Shown piece by piece: positions 46,110-56,748 of a DNA stretch of 64,000 nucleotides. Source of the DNA: an uncultured Nitrososphaerales archaeon (GTDB taxonomy: Archaea; Thermoproteota; Nitrososphaeria; Nitrososphaerales; Nitrososphaeraceae); contig CAVQMO010000001.1 of NCBI GenBank assembly GCA_963713605.1, positions 576,001 to 640,000 on the forward strand, given 5' to 3'. How positions within the stretch are numbered: position 1 is the first letter of the stretch; each line of letters opens with the position of its first letter. The notes below the pieces were generated by a model. That model searched no databases, was not told the origin of the DNA, and saw only the letters and a list, made by a program, of their open reading frames with translations. Made by a program: the position numbers and the translations under genes.

Positions 46110-46255
46110 TCATGAATAAGAGATGTTGCTAGGCTAGCCAGCAATTGGATGACATCCTGAGAGATTGCCTAAGGAATTACGTCTACGTATCTAAATTATT
46201 ATATTTTGTTTGAGGAAGGCAAATCGTCCATTCGCGAACAAGTATCCCCTCAGTG

Positions 46256-46420
46256 TTAAAGAGTTGAATACCTATCCTGGACCCTGTACCGAACGTATTT
46301 ATCATCTGGGGAATATCGCGGCGGATGTGGATTGATGGTTATAGAACCACAAACCGGACAAGTTGGTTTCAACGTATATTTAGAGCAGCCTTTGCAGAGT
46401 CTAATAAGATGTTTCTTCAT
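46256..46420 (-). CDS. nop10: H/ACA RNP protein Nop10 (54 aa, absent from the ORF track)
   Basis: CKGCSKYTLKPTCPVCG...HPPRYSPDDKYVRYR; canonical position directly after aIF2-alpha. Confidence 0.95.
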   Translation of the reverse strand: MKKHLIRLCKGCSKYTLKPTCPVCGSITINPHPPRYSPDDKYVRYRVQDRYSTL

Positions 46421-46422
46421 GC

Positions 46423-47226
46423 CTACGAGTGAACCTTTTTGGATTGGTCTCTCTTAAATTCAAAGGTTCCCTTTTCCTGATTGATTGCACTTTTGATTTT
46501 TTCTAGGGCATTGTTCAATATCTTTTCTGCACTCTTAAAATTATCTGCTTTAACGACCATTCTGTATTTAGGAGCTGAAATATAAGTTATACTGATGGTA
46601 GTGTTTGCTTTTGACATTTCCACGGAGCCGAGTAGATTCTTTATCCTTTCTATGCCGTCTGCCTTGTTGAGAGATATTTCAAGAATTCCCATTATTTCTA
46701 CGTGAGGTATTTGGATCTTGTTACTCTCTATATCGATTGCTTTCATTATTTCTTCAGAAAAGCCCAAACTACGAATAGAATCGATCCCCTTCCTGGAAAC
46801 AGTCTCAAACAAATCATAGACGAGATCAAATTTCTTTAGGATTTCGTCTTCCAGGTTATCCAATTCAGAATCTGACAAGTTTGCCTTTTTCTTTACGATA
46901 TCCATGAATGCTGAGGCTTTTTCATTTTTCTTAACTTCTATCAGCTTCGACTTCCTTTCGTCGCCGGTAACCTGCTTAAGCGACAAGTCCACTTCAGCCC
47001 TTGACTTGTTTACTCGTATGACCTTCAAAACGGTCTTCTGTTTAGGTCGGATGTACCTTTCGATGTTTCTGATCCATCCTGTAGCTATCTCGGAAATATG
47101 GAGAAAGCCAATCGTTTCGTCGTATTCATCAAGAGTTATATAAGCTCCATGACCAGTCACCTCCTTTATCGTCACTAAAACGATTTCCCCTTCTTCAGGA
47201 AGCCGTCTGACCTCGGCAGTCATCAT
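46423..47226 (-). CDS. eif2a: Translation initiation factor 2 alpha subunit
   Basis: LPEEGEIV, S1 domain FLHISEIATGWIRNI, EVDLSLK, APKYR. Confidence 0.97.
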   Translation of the reverse strand: MMTAEVRRLPEEGEIVLVTIKEVTGHGAYITLDEYDETIGFLHISEIATGWIRNIERYIRPKQKTVLKVIRVNKSRAEVDLSLKQVTGDERKSKLIEVKKNEKASAFMDIVKKKANLSDSELDNLEDEILKKFDLVYDLFETVSRKGIDSIRSLGFSEEIMKAIDIESNKIQIPHVEIMGILEISLNKADGIERIKNLLGSVEMSKANTTISITYISAPKYRMVVKADNFKSAEKILNNALEKIKSAINQEKGTFEFKRDQSKKVHS

Positions 47227-47456
47227 TTATAACGGTAAACGCCACACTTCGGCTACTTTAACGTTGCCATTAGACTAACGAGCGCAGGATTTGAACAAGA
47301 AGTGGGATCAATTAATGCATTCTGAGTTTTATGACAATCTAAGTTTTGGTCCAGTGGTGACAGATTTAGTGAAGGTAGGGTTACTTACTCTTGCGCAGCG
47401 TCCTAGTAGAGATCGTACCCAAGTGTGAAAATACGGCTAACAAAAGGACCCAATAC

Positions 47457-48006
47457 CTAATAGTCAATGCCCTTCATTGCCTTTACACCATTCCGAAATG
47501 GATGTTTTATTTCTTTCATTTCTGTGACCATGTCAGCAAGTTCTATTAGTCTTGTTGGTGCATAGTTTCCTGTTAGGATTAATGAGGTTCGTCTTGCCTT
47601 GCATTTCAAGAGATCAAGGGCGTCTTCGATAACAATGAGCTTTAACTTCAAAGCATAGTTAATTTCATCTAGGATCACCAAATCGTAATCCCCCGAGCTG
47701 ATTTTCCTCTTCGCGATATCTACGGCTAAGCTTTGCGGCTGCTTGATGCTCTTCCAAAGGAAGATCATCATCAATGATCCCGACAAATCCCCTACCCGAT
47801 ACTACCATGTCAAATTCTGGTTCGAGCCTTTTTGAGCTTGTTAGTTCCCCATAATACCATTCTCCCTTGATGAATTGAATCATCGCTACCCTCCGACCAT
47901 GTCCAACTGATCGCAAAACAATCCCTAGCGCTGCACTTGTCTTTCCCTTCCCCTTCCCAGTAAAGATTACAACTATTCCTTCTTCTTTTTCTTCTCCTTC
48001 AGTCAT
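47457..48006 (-). CDS. cobO: Cob(I)yrinic acid a,c-diamide adenosyltransferase, indel at ~47730
   Basis: TGKGKGKTSAALG, IQFIKG, LVILDEIN, ILTG, KHPF..G..A..GIDY. Confidence 0.92.
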
Positions 48007-48138
48007 ACTAGTTTGTTATCCGTACATCGAAGGGATTGTAATATATTTGATGTCGAGTTCGAATTTGCTTATACGTCGCTTGCAGCGATAGGATTAATCT
48101 GTTTGTGTTCTTCATAAACGAATATACAACGATATCAT

Positions 48139-48663
48139 TTGCAAGTTATTGCATATAACTGGCTCATGAAAAGAATACTGCATTCCTTGCAAATGATGGC
48201 GGGTAAAGTATGCGAGTTCGTCCTTCCCATACGATTATCATATGAAATGGGAAACGGCAAAACCCTTGCTATCTGCACACTCTCAGACATGAGTCTTCTT
48301 AAGGAAATTATTTCCAGTAAGGATATTATGCGCAGGATTTTCCTTGTCGGAAGACTTCTCTCTGAAAATCGGGGTATCGATAATATTCTTGAGACCATTC
48401 ATACTTCCCCTCAAATGAGGTATTTGATTTTATGTGGGAGAGATGTCAAGGGACATCTACCTGGACAAGCCCTGATTTCGTTGTACAAATACGGAACTAG
48501 AGACAACGGGTATATAGTAGGTGCAAGAGGGAGTAATCCCACACTAAAATCGACCAAGGAAGCGATTATGTACTTCAGGACTAATATCGAAATAGTCGAC
48601 CTTATTGGTAGTAGGGATATCTGGCAATTAAAACTCCTAATAGACGAATTAATCGGACAATAA
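48139..48663 (+). CDS. Soluble MtrA-like corrinoid-binding protein
   Basis: LAICTLS, GRLLSENRGID, RYLILCGRDVKGHLPGQAL..L...G; no C-terminal TM anchor. Confidence 0.8.
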   Translation: MQVIAYNWLMKRILHSLQMMAGKVCEFVLPIRLSYEMGNGKTLAICTLSDMSLLKEIISSKDIMRRIFLVGRLLSENRGIDNILETIHTSPQMRYLILCGRDVKGHLPGQALISLYKYGTRDNGYIVGARGSNPTLKSTKEAIMYFRTNIEIVDLIGSRDIWQLKLLIDELIGQ

Positions 48664-48780
48664 AAGTAGGCTGTTCTTAATAATCGTCAAGTAACCAACA
48701 ATGTAGAAAGCAGGGATCGAATCTGTTACAAATGATGATGATGTTAAGATGAGGCGTAACCAAATTAATGAACCAGCGAT

Positions 48781-49248
48781 TTAATGTAGGTCGTATCTCA
48801 TGGAGGTTTCATGTACTTTAAAACCCGTTTTCTGATAAAAACTGATGTTAGTGTCGGAACAATCCAACACAACCTTGTAGCAACCAGCTGCCTTCGCAAA
48901 ATGTAATGCGTGATTAATAAGTGCAGAGCCTATCCCGAGACCTTCGAATCCCTTGCGTGTTACGACGTCCTCAATGTGACCCGCCTTTCCCCCACTATGA
49001 ATAAATTTCTGCTCGACTAGCAATGTAGTCGCGCCCATCACCTCGCAGGTCTCTTTGTCTATCGCAACAAATATTCTGTGAAGTGGATTTGCACTAATAT
49101 TGTTTAGGATCTGTTCTGCTTTCTCTATATTCCCTTCAATGGTCCCTAATTCGGACAAATTCTTTAGCGTGGAGAAGTATCCGTTTTTTAGGTCGCCTAT
49201 TTCAATTTCTCTTATTTCGAATTTTAGGTCTTCCTTGCTCTTGTTCAT
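48781..49248 (-). CDS. GNAT, glucosamine-6-phosphate N-acetyltransferase-like
   Basis: EQKFIH.GG..GHIEDVV, GCYKVVLDC, FY.K.GF. Confidence 0.88.
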   Translation of the reverse strand: MNKSKEDLKFEIREIEIGDLKNGYFSTLKNLSELGTIEGNIEKAEQILNNISANPLHRIFVAIDKETCEVMGATTLLVEQKFIHSGGKAGHIEDVVTRKGFEGLGIGSALINHALHFAKAAGCYKVVLDCSDTNISFYQKTGFKVHETSMRYDLH

Positions 49249-49316
49249 AAAACTTCCTCCAACAAGATGAGCATTGAACCAAACTTATACCTTGACACGA
49301 GACCGTTTCTCATCGT

Positions 49317-50421
49317 TTAGTGAGCCCTAATTCGCTTGTGTTTGCTGCTTTGATGATGATGAAGATATGCTAGCTTCATCTCCTCTACCCATGCATTTTT
49401 CATCTTGTATAACCTCTTTTGCTCGCGAGGCTTACACTCAGCCATAATAAATGCTGCCCAAGATGGGAAAATAAACTGATGAATCTCCGTAAACTATCAC
49501 ATTTCCCTCGTGTGCAGATTTGATTTTCCCCCAGCTTTTGCCCTCTTGTAGTGTGGCGCCGGACAGTCCTCCAGTGTCAGGACGGGCATCTGTGAATTGG
49601 ACGAGATAATCCTGTCCCCCTTCTTTTAACTTAAGGATTTGGAACAGAGCAGGGCCGGTCTGTTGGAAGAAGTTCTTAGGAACCCCTCCTCCTAGTTCAA
49701 TTCCTCCAGATATCTTATTCTTCCAAAGAATAGCTGCTGATTCTGCGACATCCAATATCACGTTAGGGCTAATTGGTTTGTCTTCAAGGAGAAGAGGAAG
49801 CATATTTAGCCCAATCGAAGAATCGGCTACAGCAGGTAGGTAAATCGGTACGTCGTTTTCGTATGCACACACTGTGAAAGATTTTTCAGGATGTGCTGAG
49901 TTTTTTCTTGCTGACTTCCCTAATATGTTACACAAGTCGGCTGTTGATGAATTGTCAGGCAGAATTTGTCTATCAGTTTCTATTGCTGCTTTGATGATCT
50001 CGTCTTGTTTCTGCAGTGTACCAATCTCCTTGATAAATACGTCATAAATTCGGACAATCTGTTTCGAATATAGAATATTGTCATCCACGTCGAAATATCC
50101 TTGTCTTACGGGCAGATCGTAGGCAAAGTGAAGATCATGGTAAACATTAGCGCCTGTAGAAACAATCCAATCTATAAAACCATGTTCTATCAAGGTCGAA
50201 ATTGCTTTCCCCAGTCCAATTGGAGCAAGCGCACCTGCTAGTGTCAAGCAAACGCATGCTCCATCATCGATCATCCGCTTAGTGATCTGTAAAGCATCGT
50301 AGAGTCGCCGAGCATTGAAACCTGTTGCTCCAAAATATTCTACTAAATCGCGAACGTCCATATCACTTGAAATTGAGGGAGGGTCTATTTTACGCCCAGA
50401 AAAGTTGTGAAATCTGTTCAC
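49317..50421 (-). CDS. Deoxyhypusine synthase-like protein (homospermidine-synthase-type paralogue); +1 indel at ~49447 extends the C-terminus
   Basis: STGANVYHD, DSSIG, GGGVPKNF, DARPDTGGLSGATLQEGKSWGK; tail ECKPREQKRLY in the shifted frame. Confidence 0.85.
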
Positions 50422-50544
50422 TTCCTTAGGGTGTCATGATAATCACTTTAAAATGTATGTGCCATGGTACGAGAATTGCAAATTTCTGTCTAATGTGATG
50501 CAGGTTCGGGAAGGCTTAAAAATATCGAACGTATTGTTGAGAAT

Positions 50545-50895
50545 ATGCATGATTCAAATATCAATGACGACAACGAGCATCCCCCTTCCAAAGATAATTT
50601 TTATTGGGTTGACAGTTTCCCTGTTAGTTCTAAAGAAGAGCTTCCTGGAAGAAAAACTGACGAGGAGCTCCGTAAACTTGTAGCATCTAAACTAAAGAGC
50701 ATACCTCAAAATGACACCAGTGGAGTCGTTATCAATGTTGTAGACCAAATAGTATCCATCACAGGATCAGTACAAACTTATGAACAAAAGCGCCGGATTG
50801 GGGAAGAAATTTGGAAGATAGAAGGTGTTGTAAAGGTCCTGAATGAACTCCATGTTAGAGAACCTTCTACGGCAGGTCCAGCACGAAGGGACTAA
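50545..50895 (+). CDS. BON-domain protein
   Basis: TDEEL...V.ITGSV.TYEQK...IWKIEGVVKVLNELHV. Confidence 0.85.
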   Translation: MHDSNINDDNEHPPSKDNFYWVDSFPVSSKEELPGRKTDEELRKLVASKLKSIPQNDTSGVVINVVDQIVSITGSVQTYEQKRRIGEEIWKIEGVVKVLNELHVREPSTAGPARRD

Positions 50896-51115
50896 AAGGC
50901 AGGCTCTAAAATCAAATGCTCATCTAATAAACCAGAATAGTATCGCCATCGCCATCATACCAAAATGTTAAGATTCGGATTGACCTTCTCGACTATGAAG
51001 CAAGTCTGCCAAGGTTGACTTAAAGGGTATTAGTGTAATTATGTATTAGTTGTAATTAGTTTAAATAAAATTGGAATCATGAAAGGTATTTTATACGTCT
51101 GAAACAACGAGAAAC

Positions 51116-52144
51116 GTGGGCAGCACAAATAAGATAAATCGTCCTAAGATAAGAACTGGTTCGCGACTGAACCCAAAAGGCAGCAAGCCCCGAAAAAGCT
51201 CTTCGAATGACCTGTTAAGAAGACCCATACATGATTACGACCCGTTTGACTATTCAGATATCTCCCTATTGATCGATAGAATGATGAATTCGGGAGGTTT
51301 TGAGGCAGTTAACCTCGCAAGTGGCATTGAAATCCTGAAAACAATGCAAGGTGATGGAAAATGCGTAAAGTTTCTCTCCTTCGTGGGTGCAATTGTCTCC
51401 ACAGGCACTCGAGGAATAATACGTGAGTTGACAAAAGAACACGCTTTTGATTGTATTGTAACAACCTGTGGTGCGTTGGACCACGATATCGCACGAACCT
51501 CTGCGAAATATTATGCTGGAGATTTTAGACTAAACGACTCTACTCTCTTGAAGGAGGGTATTCATAGGTTGGGCAATGTGTTAATACCTTTTGCAAATTA
51601 TGGAACCGTCATTGAAAAGAAAGTCAGAGCCTGTCTAGAAGAGTTGTATTTCAACCAGAACAAGAAATTTATTGCACCCTCCGAAATCCTGGATTTCGTG
51701 GGTAGCAAGTTAAATGAATCATCGTTTCTTTATTGGGCCAATAAGAACCGTATACCTGTAATAGTTCCTGGCATTGTCGATGGAGCTGTGGGTAGCCAGC
51801 TCTGGTTGTTCCATCAGGAACACCGAGATTTTGGCCTTGATCTTCTCAAAGATCAGAATTCCATTTCAGACATTGTTTACGATGCCAAACGAACTGGGGC
51901 ATTCATGATCGGGGGAGGGATCTCTAAACATCATACCCTGTGGTGGAATCAATTCAGAGGAGGATTAAATTACGCAGTATATTTGACTACCAGTCCAGAA
52001 TGGGACGGAAGTCTAAGTGGGGCGCTCGTTGAAGAAGCTGTGTCGTGGGGAAAGATAACTGCAAAAGCATCTCGTGTAACGATTCACGGCGAAGCCACCA
52101 CCTTATTGCCGTTTATTTACGCTGCGCTACACGAGAGAGCATGA
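51116..52144 (+). CDS. dys: Deoxyhypusine synthase (canonical archaeal type)
   Basis: IVTTCGALDHD, HRLGNV, DGAVG, GGGISKHH, WDGSLSGA..EAVSWGK, GEATTLLP. Confidence 0.92.
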   Translation: MGSTNKINRPKIRTGSRLNPKGSKPRKSSSNDLLRRPIHDYDPFDYSDISLLIDRMMNSGGFEAVNLASGIEILKTMQGDGKCVKFLSFVGAIVSTGTRGIIRELTKEHAFDCIVTTCGALDHDIARTSAKYYAGDFRLNDSTLLKEGIHRLGNVLIPFANYGTVIEKKVRACLEELYFNQNKKFIAPSEILDFVGSKLNESSFLYWANKNRIPVIVPGIVDGAVGSQLWLFHQEHRDFGLDLLKDQNSISDIVYDAKRTGAFMIGGGISKHHTLWWNQFRGGLNYAVYLTTSPEWDGSLSGALVEEAVSWGKITAKASRVTIHGEATTLLPFIYAALHERA

Positions 52145-52278
52145 ATGATTATTGCTTCTCACTTTAGCTTGTGCCAGATTGTGTAGAGATAATATGCCTT
52201 CTTAAGCGGGAACAACACATTTGTTAGACGATGATACCTGTCCCGAATAGAAATCGCAGATTTATTTCTGAAATCAGT

Positions 52279-52971
52279 CTACAGGGAAAATTTGGTGCAG
52301 AAATTTGAATACACTTGAACGCAATACTTTTTCAATTCACTAATATAGACTTCGGATTCTTTCGCCATTTTTAGTACATCGATTTTTTCAGAAACTACTT
52401 CCGACTTGTAGTTTCTTAACCAAGACTGTATCATATTTTCAGTTACTTCCAAATGAAATTGAATTCCAATTAGAGAACCTATAGCAAAAGCCTGTGGATA
52501 AATATCAGAACGAGCCAAGATTCTTGCAGCTTTAGGAAGAGAGTAAGTATCTCCATGCCACTGAAAAACAGTTGGGCTAGAATTGTGAAGCCCTGAAAAT
52601 AAACCCTCGCTTCCAGCACTTTCAATCATAATCTTGTGCCAACCAATTTCCTTTCTTGGTCCTTTGAAGACCGTTCCCCCAGAGGACTGCGCGATAATTT
52701 GTGAGCCTAAACATACTCCGAGCAAGGGTGTCTTCTTTTTACTGGCTATCTGTACGAGATTGATTTGGTCCTTTATGTAGTCACTGTCTTCATAAACCGA
52801 CATAGGGCCTCCTAAAATAACTATTGCACTATATGGGGTTGGATCTACTGGAATCCTGTGTTTCCTAGTGTTAACTTTTTCAATATCGAATCCGTCATTT
52901 AGAAATAAATCCTCAAAGTTACCTAAAGTCTCGCATGATATATTTTGCAGGCTTAGGATAGGTTTTCTCAT
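52279..52971 (-). CDS. Class I glutamine amidotransferase (stand-alone)
   Basis: GGPMS, LGVCLGSQ, FQWHGD, QFHLE. Confidence 0.9.
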   Translation of the reverse strand: MRKPILSLQNISCETLGNFEDLFLNDGFDIEKVNTRKHRIPVDPTPYSAIVILGGPMSVYEDSDYIKDQINLVQIASKKKTPLLGVCLGSQIIAQSSGGTVFKGPRKEIGWHKIMIESAGSEGLFSGLHNSSPTVFQWHGDTYSLPKAARILARSDIYPQAFAIGSLIGIQFHLEVTENMIQSWLRNYKSEVVSEKIDVLKMAKESEVYISELKKYCVQVYSNFCTKFSL

Positions 52972-53177
52972 CTATTCTGTATTCTTGAATCTTCTTTATT
53001 ATTCCTGTGTCAATACTAATCTAATACTTAGAAAATCAGGAGGGATCGAACGGGTAAATTGACGACCCAACTATTATTCACGATTATCAAATTTCTGATT
53101 TCGTAAACATGAGTTCCAAAAGATTCAACTTGCTAAACTTTAGTAAACCATAAGTACTAATACTTCTACCCTTTCGT

Positions 53178-54083
53178 ATGGAATTTTTCGACACAAGCAT
53201 TGTCGAACAAATTGAAATGAAAATGATAAGATCTTCTCAATTTGCTGTGCGCGATCGATTTCAGCGTATGTCAGATGACGATCATTGTCTAATTGCGAGC
53301 ATTAGAGAACACGGTCTCTTGCAACCGATTTTGATTCGACCCCTTTCTCATGGTTTTGAAATAGTTGCAGGTCATCGAAGATTTCATGCTTGCAGATCTT
53401 TGCGTTGGCGATTCATTCCTTGCAAGATTAGAGAACTGGCGGACAAAGAGGCATATGAAATTCAGTTAACTGAAAATATGCAAAGGAAATCGATGGACCC
53501 AATAGAGGAGGCAGAAGCATTCCGAAGATACGTTATTGATTTTGGGTGGGGGGGAGTTACTGAACTTGCCTCAAAAATTGGAAAGAGTGAAGAATATGTT
53601 TCGCACCGGATCCAACTTCTAAAACTTCCAGAAGAAGTAAAACAACACTTAATTGAGAACCGCCTGAATGTAAGCTCTGCATTGGAACTGACGAACGTCT
53701 CTTCTGAAAAGCAGAACCTGATTGTGCAAGAAATTAACTCAAGCAACATGACAGTGAAACAAATTAGAGAAATGAAGTCATTGATGAAAACCAAAACCAT
53801 TGCCACCAGTTCAGCCACCGATCAGTTCAGTCAAATGACCCCGAGACTACTAAACAGGAAATCACAGATATTGAAACTCACAAAAAAGACTATCCTGGCC
53901 CTTCGTATCACTTTAGCACGGATTGATAACCTCATTGACGAAGTTCATTCGACCGTTGAACCTGCTGAACGAGCGGAGATCGTTAGCTTTCTAATGGAAA
54001 CTAGGCTTAGAATTCATTCCTTAATTGATGAGACAATTAGATACAAGAACACCTGTATTCGAAAGGAAGATCCGAATTTGTAA
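53178..54083 (+). CDS. ParB/Srx-domain protein with HTH and helical C-terminal domain
   Basis: SIREHGLLQPILIRP, IVAGHRR, ENMQRKSMDPIEEA, HTH LASKIGKSEEYVS. Confidence 0.9.
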   Translation: MEFFDTSIVEQIEMKMIRSSQFAVRDRFQRMSDDDHCLIASIREHGLLQPILIRPLSHGFEIVAGHRRFHACRSLRWRFIPCKIRELADKEAYEIQLTENMQRKSMDPIEEAEAFRRYVIDFGWGGVTELASKIGKSEEYVSHRIQLLKLPEEVKQHLIENRLNVSSALELTNVSSEKQNLIVQEINSSNMTVKQIREMKSLMKTKTIATSSATDQFSQMTPRLLNRKSQILKLTKKTILALRITLARIDNLIDEVHSTVEPAERAEIVSFLMETRLRIHSLIDETIRYKNTCIRKEDPNL

Positions 54084-54111
54084 GAGGAATGAGCAGCAGA
54101 ACAGTTCTTGA

Positions 54112-54654
54112 CTATCGCCCAAGGAACGGAGGAATCCATTCATCAAGAAATCGCTTGTACTCCTCTGGAGTATGTGTGAGTGAATGATATGATGGTTCCT
54201 TCATCGGAGTAAAATCATATACTTCATATGACTGAATTATATCCCCAAAGAGGTTACGGTATATATCGCTCTCTTCATCAGCCATCTCCTCATTAAGGAA
54301 AGACTGTACGCAGATCCAGTCGTATCCTCCACGAGTACGTCCTGAGAAAAGCACAAAGGGTGCATCGGTTAAGTATTTCTTTAGACCTTCAATTCTGCTT
54401 GCGAGATGCTGCGAAAACTTGAATCTTACCAGTGCAACACGGATAATTCGACGACGGATCTTCTTGGTGTTTACTGAAATAGTGTAACCAGTTATCACAT
54501 CGTCATCTTCTAATCTCAAAATTCTTGACTCTATCTCATCTTCACTTAAATTATAGCCATGATCTCGAAGGAAATCCCATATTTCTCTTGTATCTTGTTT
54601 GGAATCCTTACTAAGAGCAGAAAGTATTACTTCATCAATATTGTCAATCATCAA
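54112..54654 (-). CDS. Lrp/AsnC family transcriptional regulator
   Basis: IDEVILSALSKDSK...RILRLEDDDVITGYT; GGYDW. Confidence 0.8.
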   Translation of the reverse strand: MMIDNIDEVILSALSKDSKQDTREIWDFLRDHGYNLSEDEIESRILRLEDDDVITGYTISVNTKKIRRRIIRVALVRFKFSQHLASRIEGLKKYLTDAPFVLFSGRTRGGYDWICVQSFLNEEMADEESDIYRNLFGDIIQSYEVYDFTPMKEPSYHSLTHTPEEYKRFLDEWIPPFLGR

Positions 54655-54836
54655 GATAAATATGGACCTTGAATGCTAAAGCCGTTATTAAATATAATCT
54701 CTAATATACGTAGAATACGAAAATAACACAAATTATTCTTTACTGAAGTCAATTTCTTTCATATTGAGTCTCTAATCGTAGGGAACGTCATTTTATATAT
54801 ATTCATTTATATACTTTACAAATGGCGATCTAAATC

Positions 54837-56711
54837 TTGGCTTCGATCCTTTCTGAGGGTATCGGATACGTTATACTTCTTGGTGTGGGATTAATAATGG
54901 CAATTGCAGTTACTTTGTTAGTTAGGGTCGAACACAAATGGCTTGGTACAAGAAAAACATTCGAATGGTTTTACACTGCGGTTAGAAATGTAAAGACTGG
55001 ACTCATAGCAGCTTCTCTAGTCTCCGCATCGAGGTGGGTAGCTACCCTTTTGCAATCTTCTACTGTAGCATATCAATTCGGCATTAGTGGGCCATTTTGG
55101 TATGCCGCTGGTGCTAGCATTCAGATGGTCCTCTTTGGTATAGTTGTGATTGAGCTCAAGAGAAAGGCACCGTCATCTCATACCTTTCCAGAGATAATAA
55201 ATGCAAGATTCGGGGCAAGTGCTCATTAGGTCTTCCTTTTCTTCGCGCTTATGACCAATACCATAGTGACAGCCATGCTTGTTCTGGGAGGAGCTGCAGT
55301 TATTAATTCATTGATGGGAGTGAATATCTATCTCGCGTCATTTCTTATCCCCATCGGCGTAATCGCCTTCTTTGGAGGTTTGAAGGCAACCTTCTTCGCA
55401 GAATATCTCATGCTGCGTTCATCTTTGGAGTCGTTCTTGTTTTCGTTACATCAATATATTTTCTGAATCCAGATTTGGGAGGGGTGGAAGGAATGTATGA
55501 AAAATTGAAAGCTGCTTCACTGAGACCCGTCGCCGGTAATTCAGAGGGTGCATATCTAACAATGGCTTCTACGGGTGCGTTGGCGTTTGGAATAATTAAC
55601 ACTGTTGGCAATTTCGGTACCATTTTCGTTGACCACGCGTATTGGCAAAAGGCAATCGCCGCAAGGCCAAGATCAGCTGCGAAGGGTTTTCTTATCGGAG
55701 GTCTAGCATGGTTTGCCATTCCATTTGCGCTAGCCACAACCCTCGGGTTGGCTGCTGTGGCTACCAACGTTTCCCTAACTCCAGAGCAGATCGAGAGCGG
55801 ACTTGTTGCGCCCACCGCCGCGCGTCACTGATCTTGGGAGACGCTGGAGCAATATTACTCTTGTCGGTACTATTCACCGCGGTAACGACCGCAGGTTCAG
55901 CTGAATTGGTGTCGGTATCATCGTTGGTTACCTATGATGTATATCGAACTTATGTCAAACCTTGGGCCACGGGCCGGGAGCTAATGAGAGTATCTCGGTT
56001 TACGATAATCGGCTTTGGTTTAGGTATGGGTATACTCTCATCATTCTTGTTACAATTGGGAGCAAGTGTGCAATACATATATCTGGCAATGGGCATTCTA
56101 ATTGGTCCCGCCGTTGTTCCAATTGCCCTGACTGTTTCATGGAAGAAAACCAACAAAACCGCAGCGATATTGGGATCGATACTTACTGCGGGAGTTTGTT
56201 CCTGGACAACCACGACATGGCTGTTGTACGGCCAGCTATCTATATCCACAACCGGAGAGACGACGCCTCTTCTGATTGGGAACGTTGTCTCTATCTCTGT
56301 AGGAGCTGCAGTCGTAGTTATTGGCAGCTTATTCAGTCCACAAAACTTCAACTTTGATCTGATGAAACAAAAGATCCTCGTAGTCGACGACAGGATCAGA
56401 TCCATCATAGAAAAGGACACCAATGACGACCAACTTAACCTAAATTTACCTACCGGTATGCGATAGCACTCTCTCTTGTACTTGTGGTAGTCTGGCCTCT
56501 TCCACTTTACTTTTCAGGCCATGTATTTTCATTGTTTGTTTATTCGATCTGGGTTGGATTGGCATTTGCATGGGCGAGTATAGCCTGCGGGCATTATTGT
56601 TACCTCTCATTGAATCTAGAGCAGGGATTATTCAAGTATTCAAAAAAATTGCTGGGCTTCTGCCTCTTTAGGACATGGAAAAAGGGAGCACCTGCTTCAG
56701 CAGCAAAATGA
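54837..56711 (+). pseudogene. dur3: DUR3-type urea:solute symporter (SSS family), disrupted
   Basis: ATLLQSS, GPFWYAAGA, GNFGTIFVDHAYWQKAIAA, SAELVSVSSL.TYDVYRTY; in-frame TAG at 55227 plus several frameshifts. Confidence 0.88.
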
Positions 56712-56748
56712 TTCCCACCTTCGTAATAAATATGGAGAACATAGTGTA

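Noticed and set aside
48139..48663. Methanogenesis implied by the MtrA-like gene
   Set aside because: No other mtr or mcr genes, no membrane anchor, and the surrounding gene content points to an ammonia-oxidising archaeon
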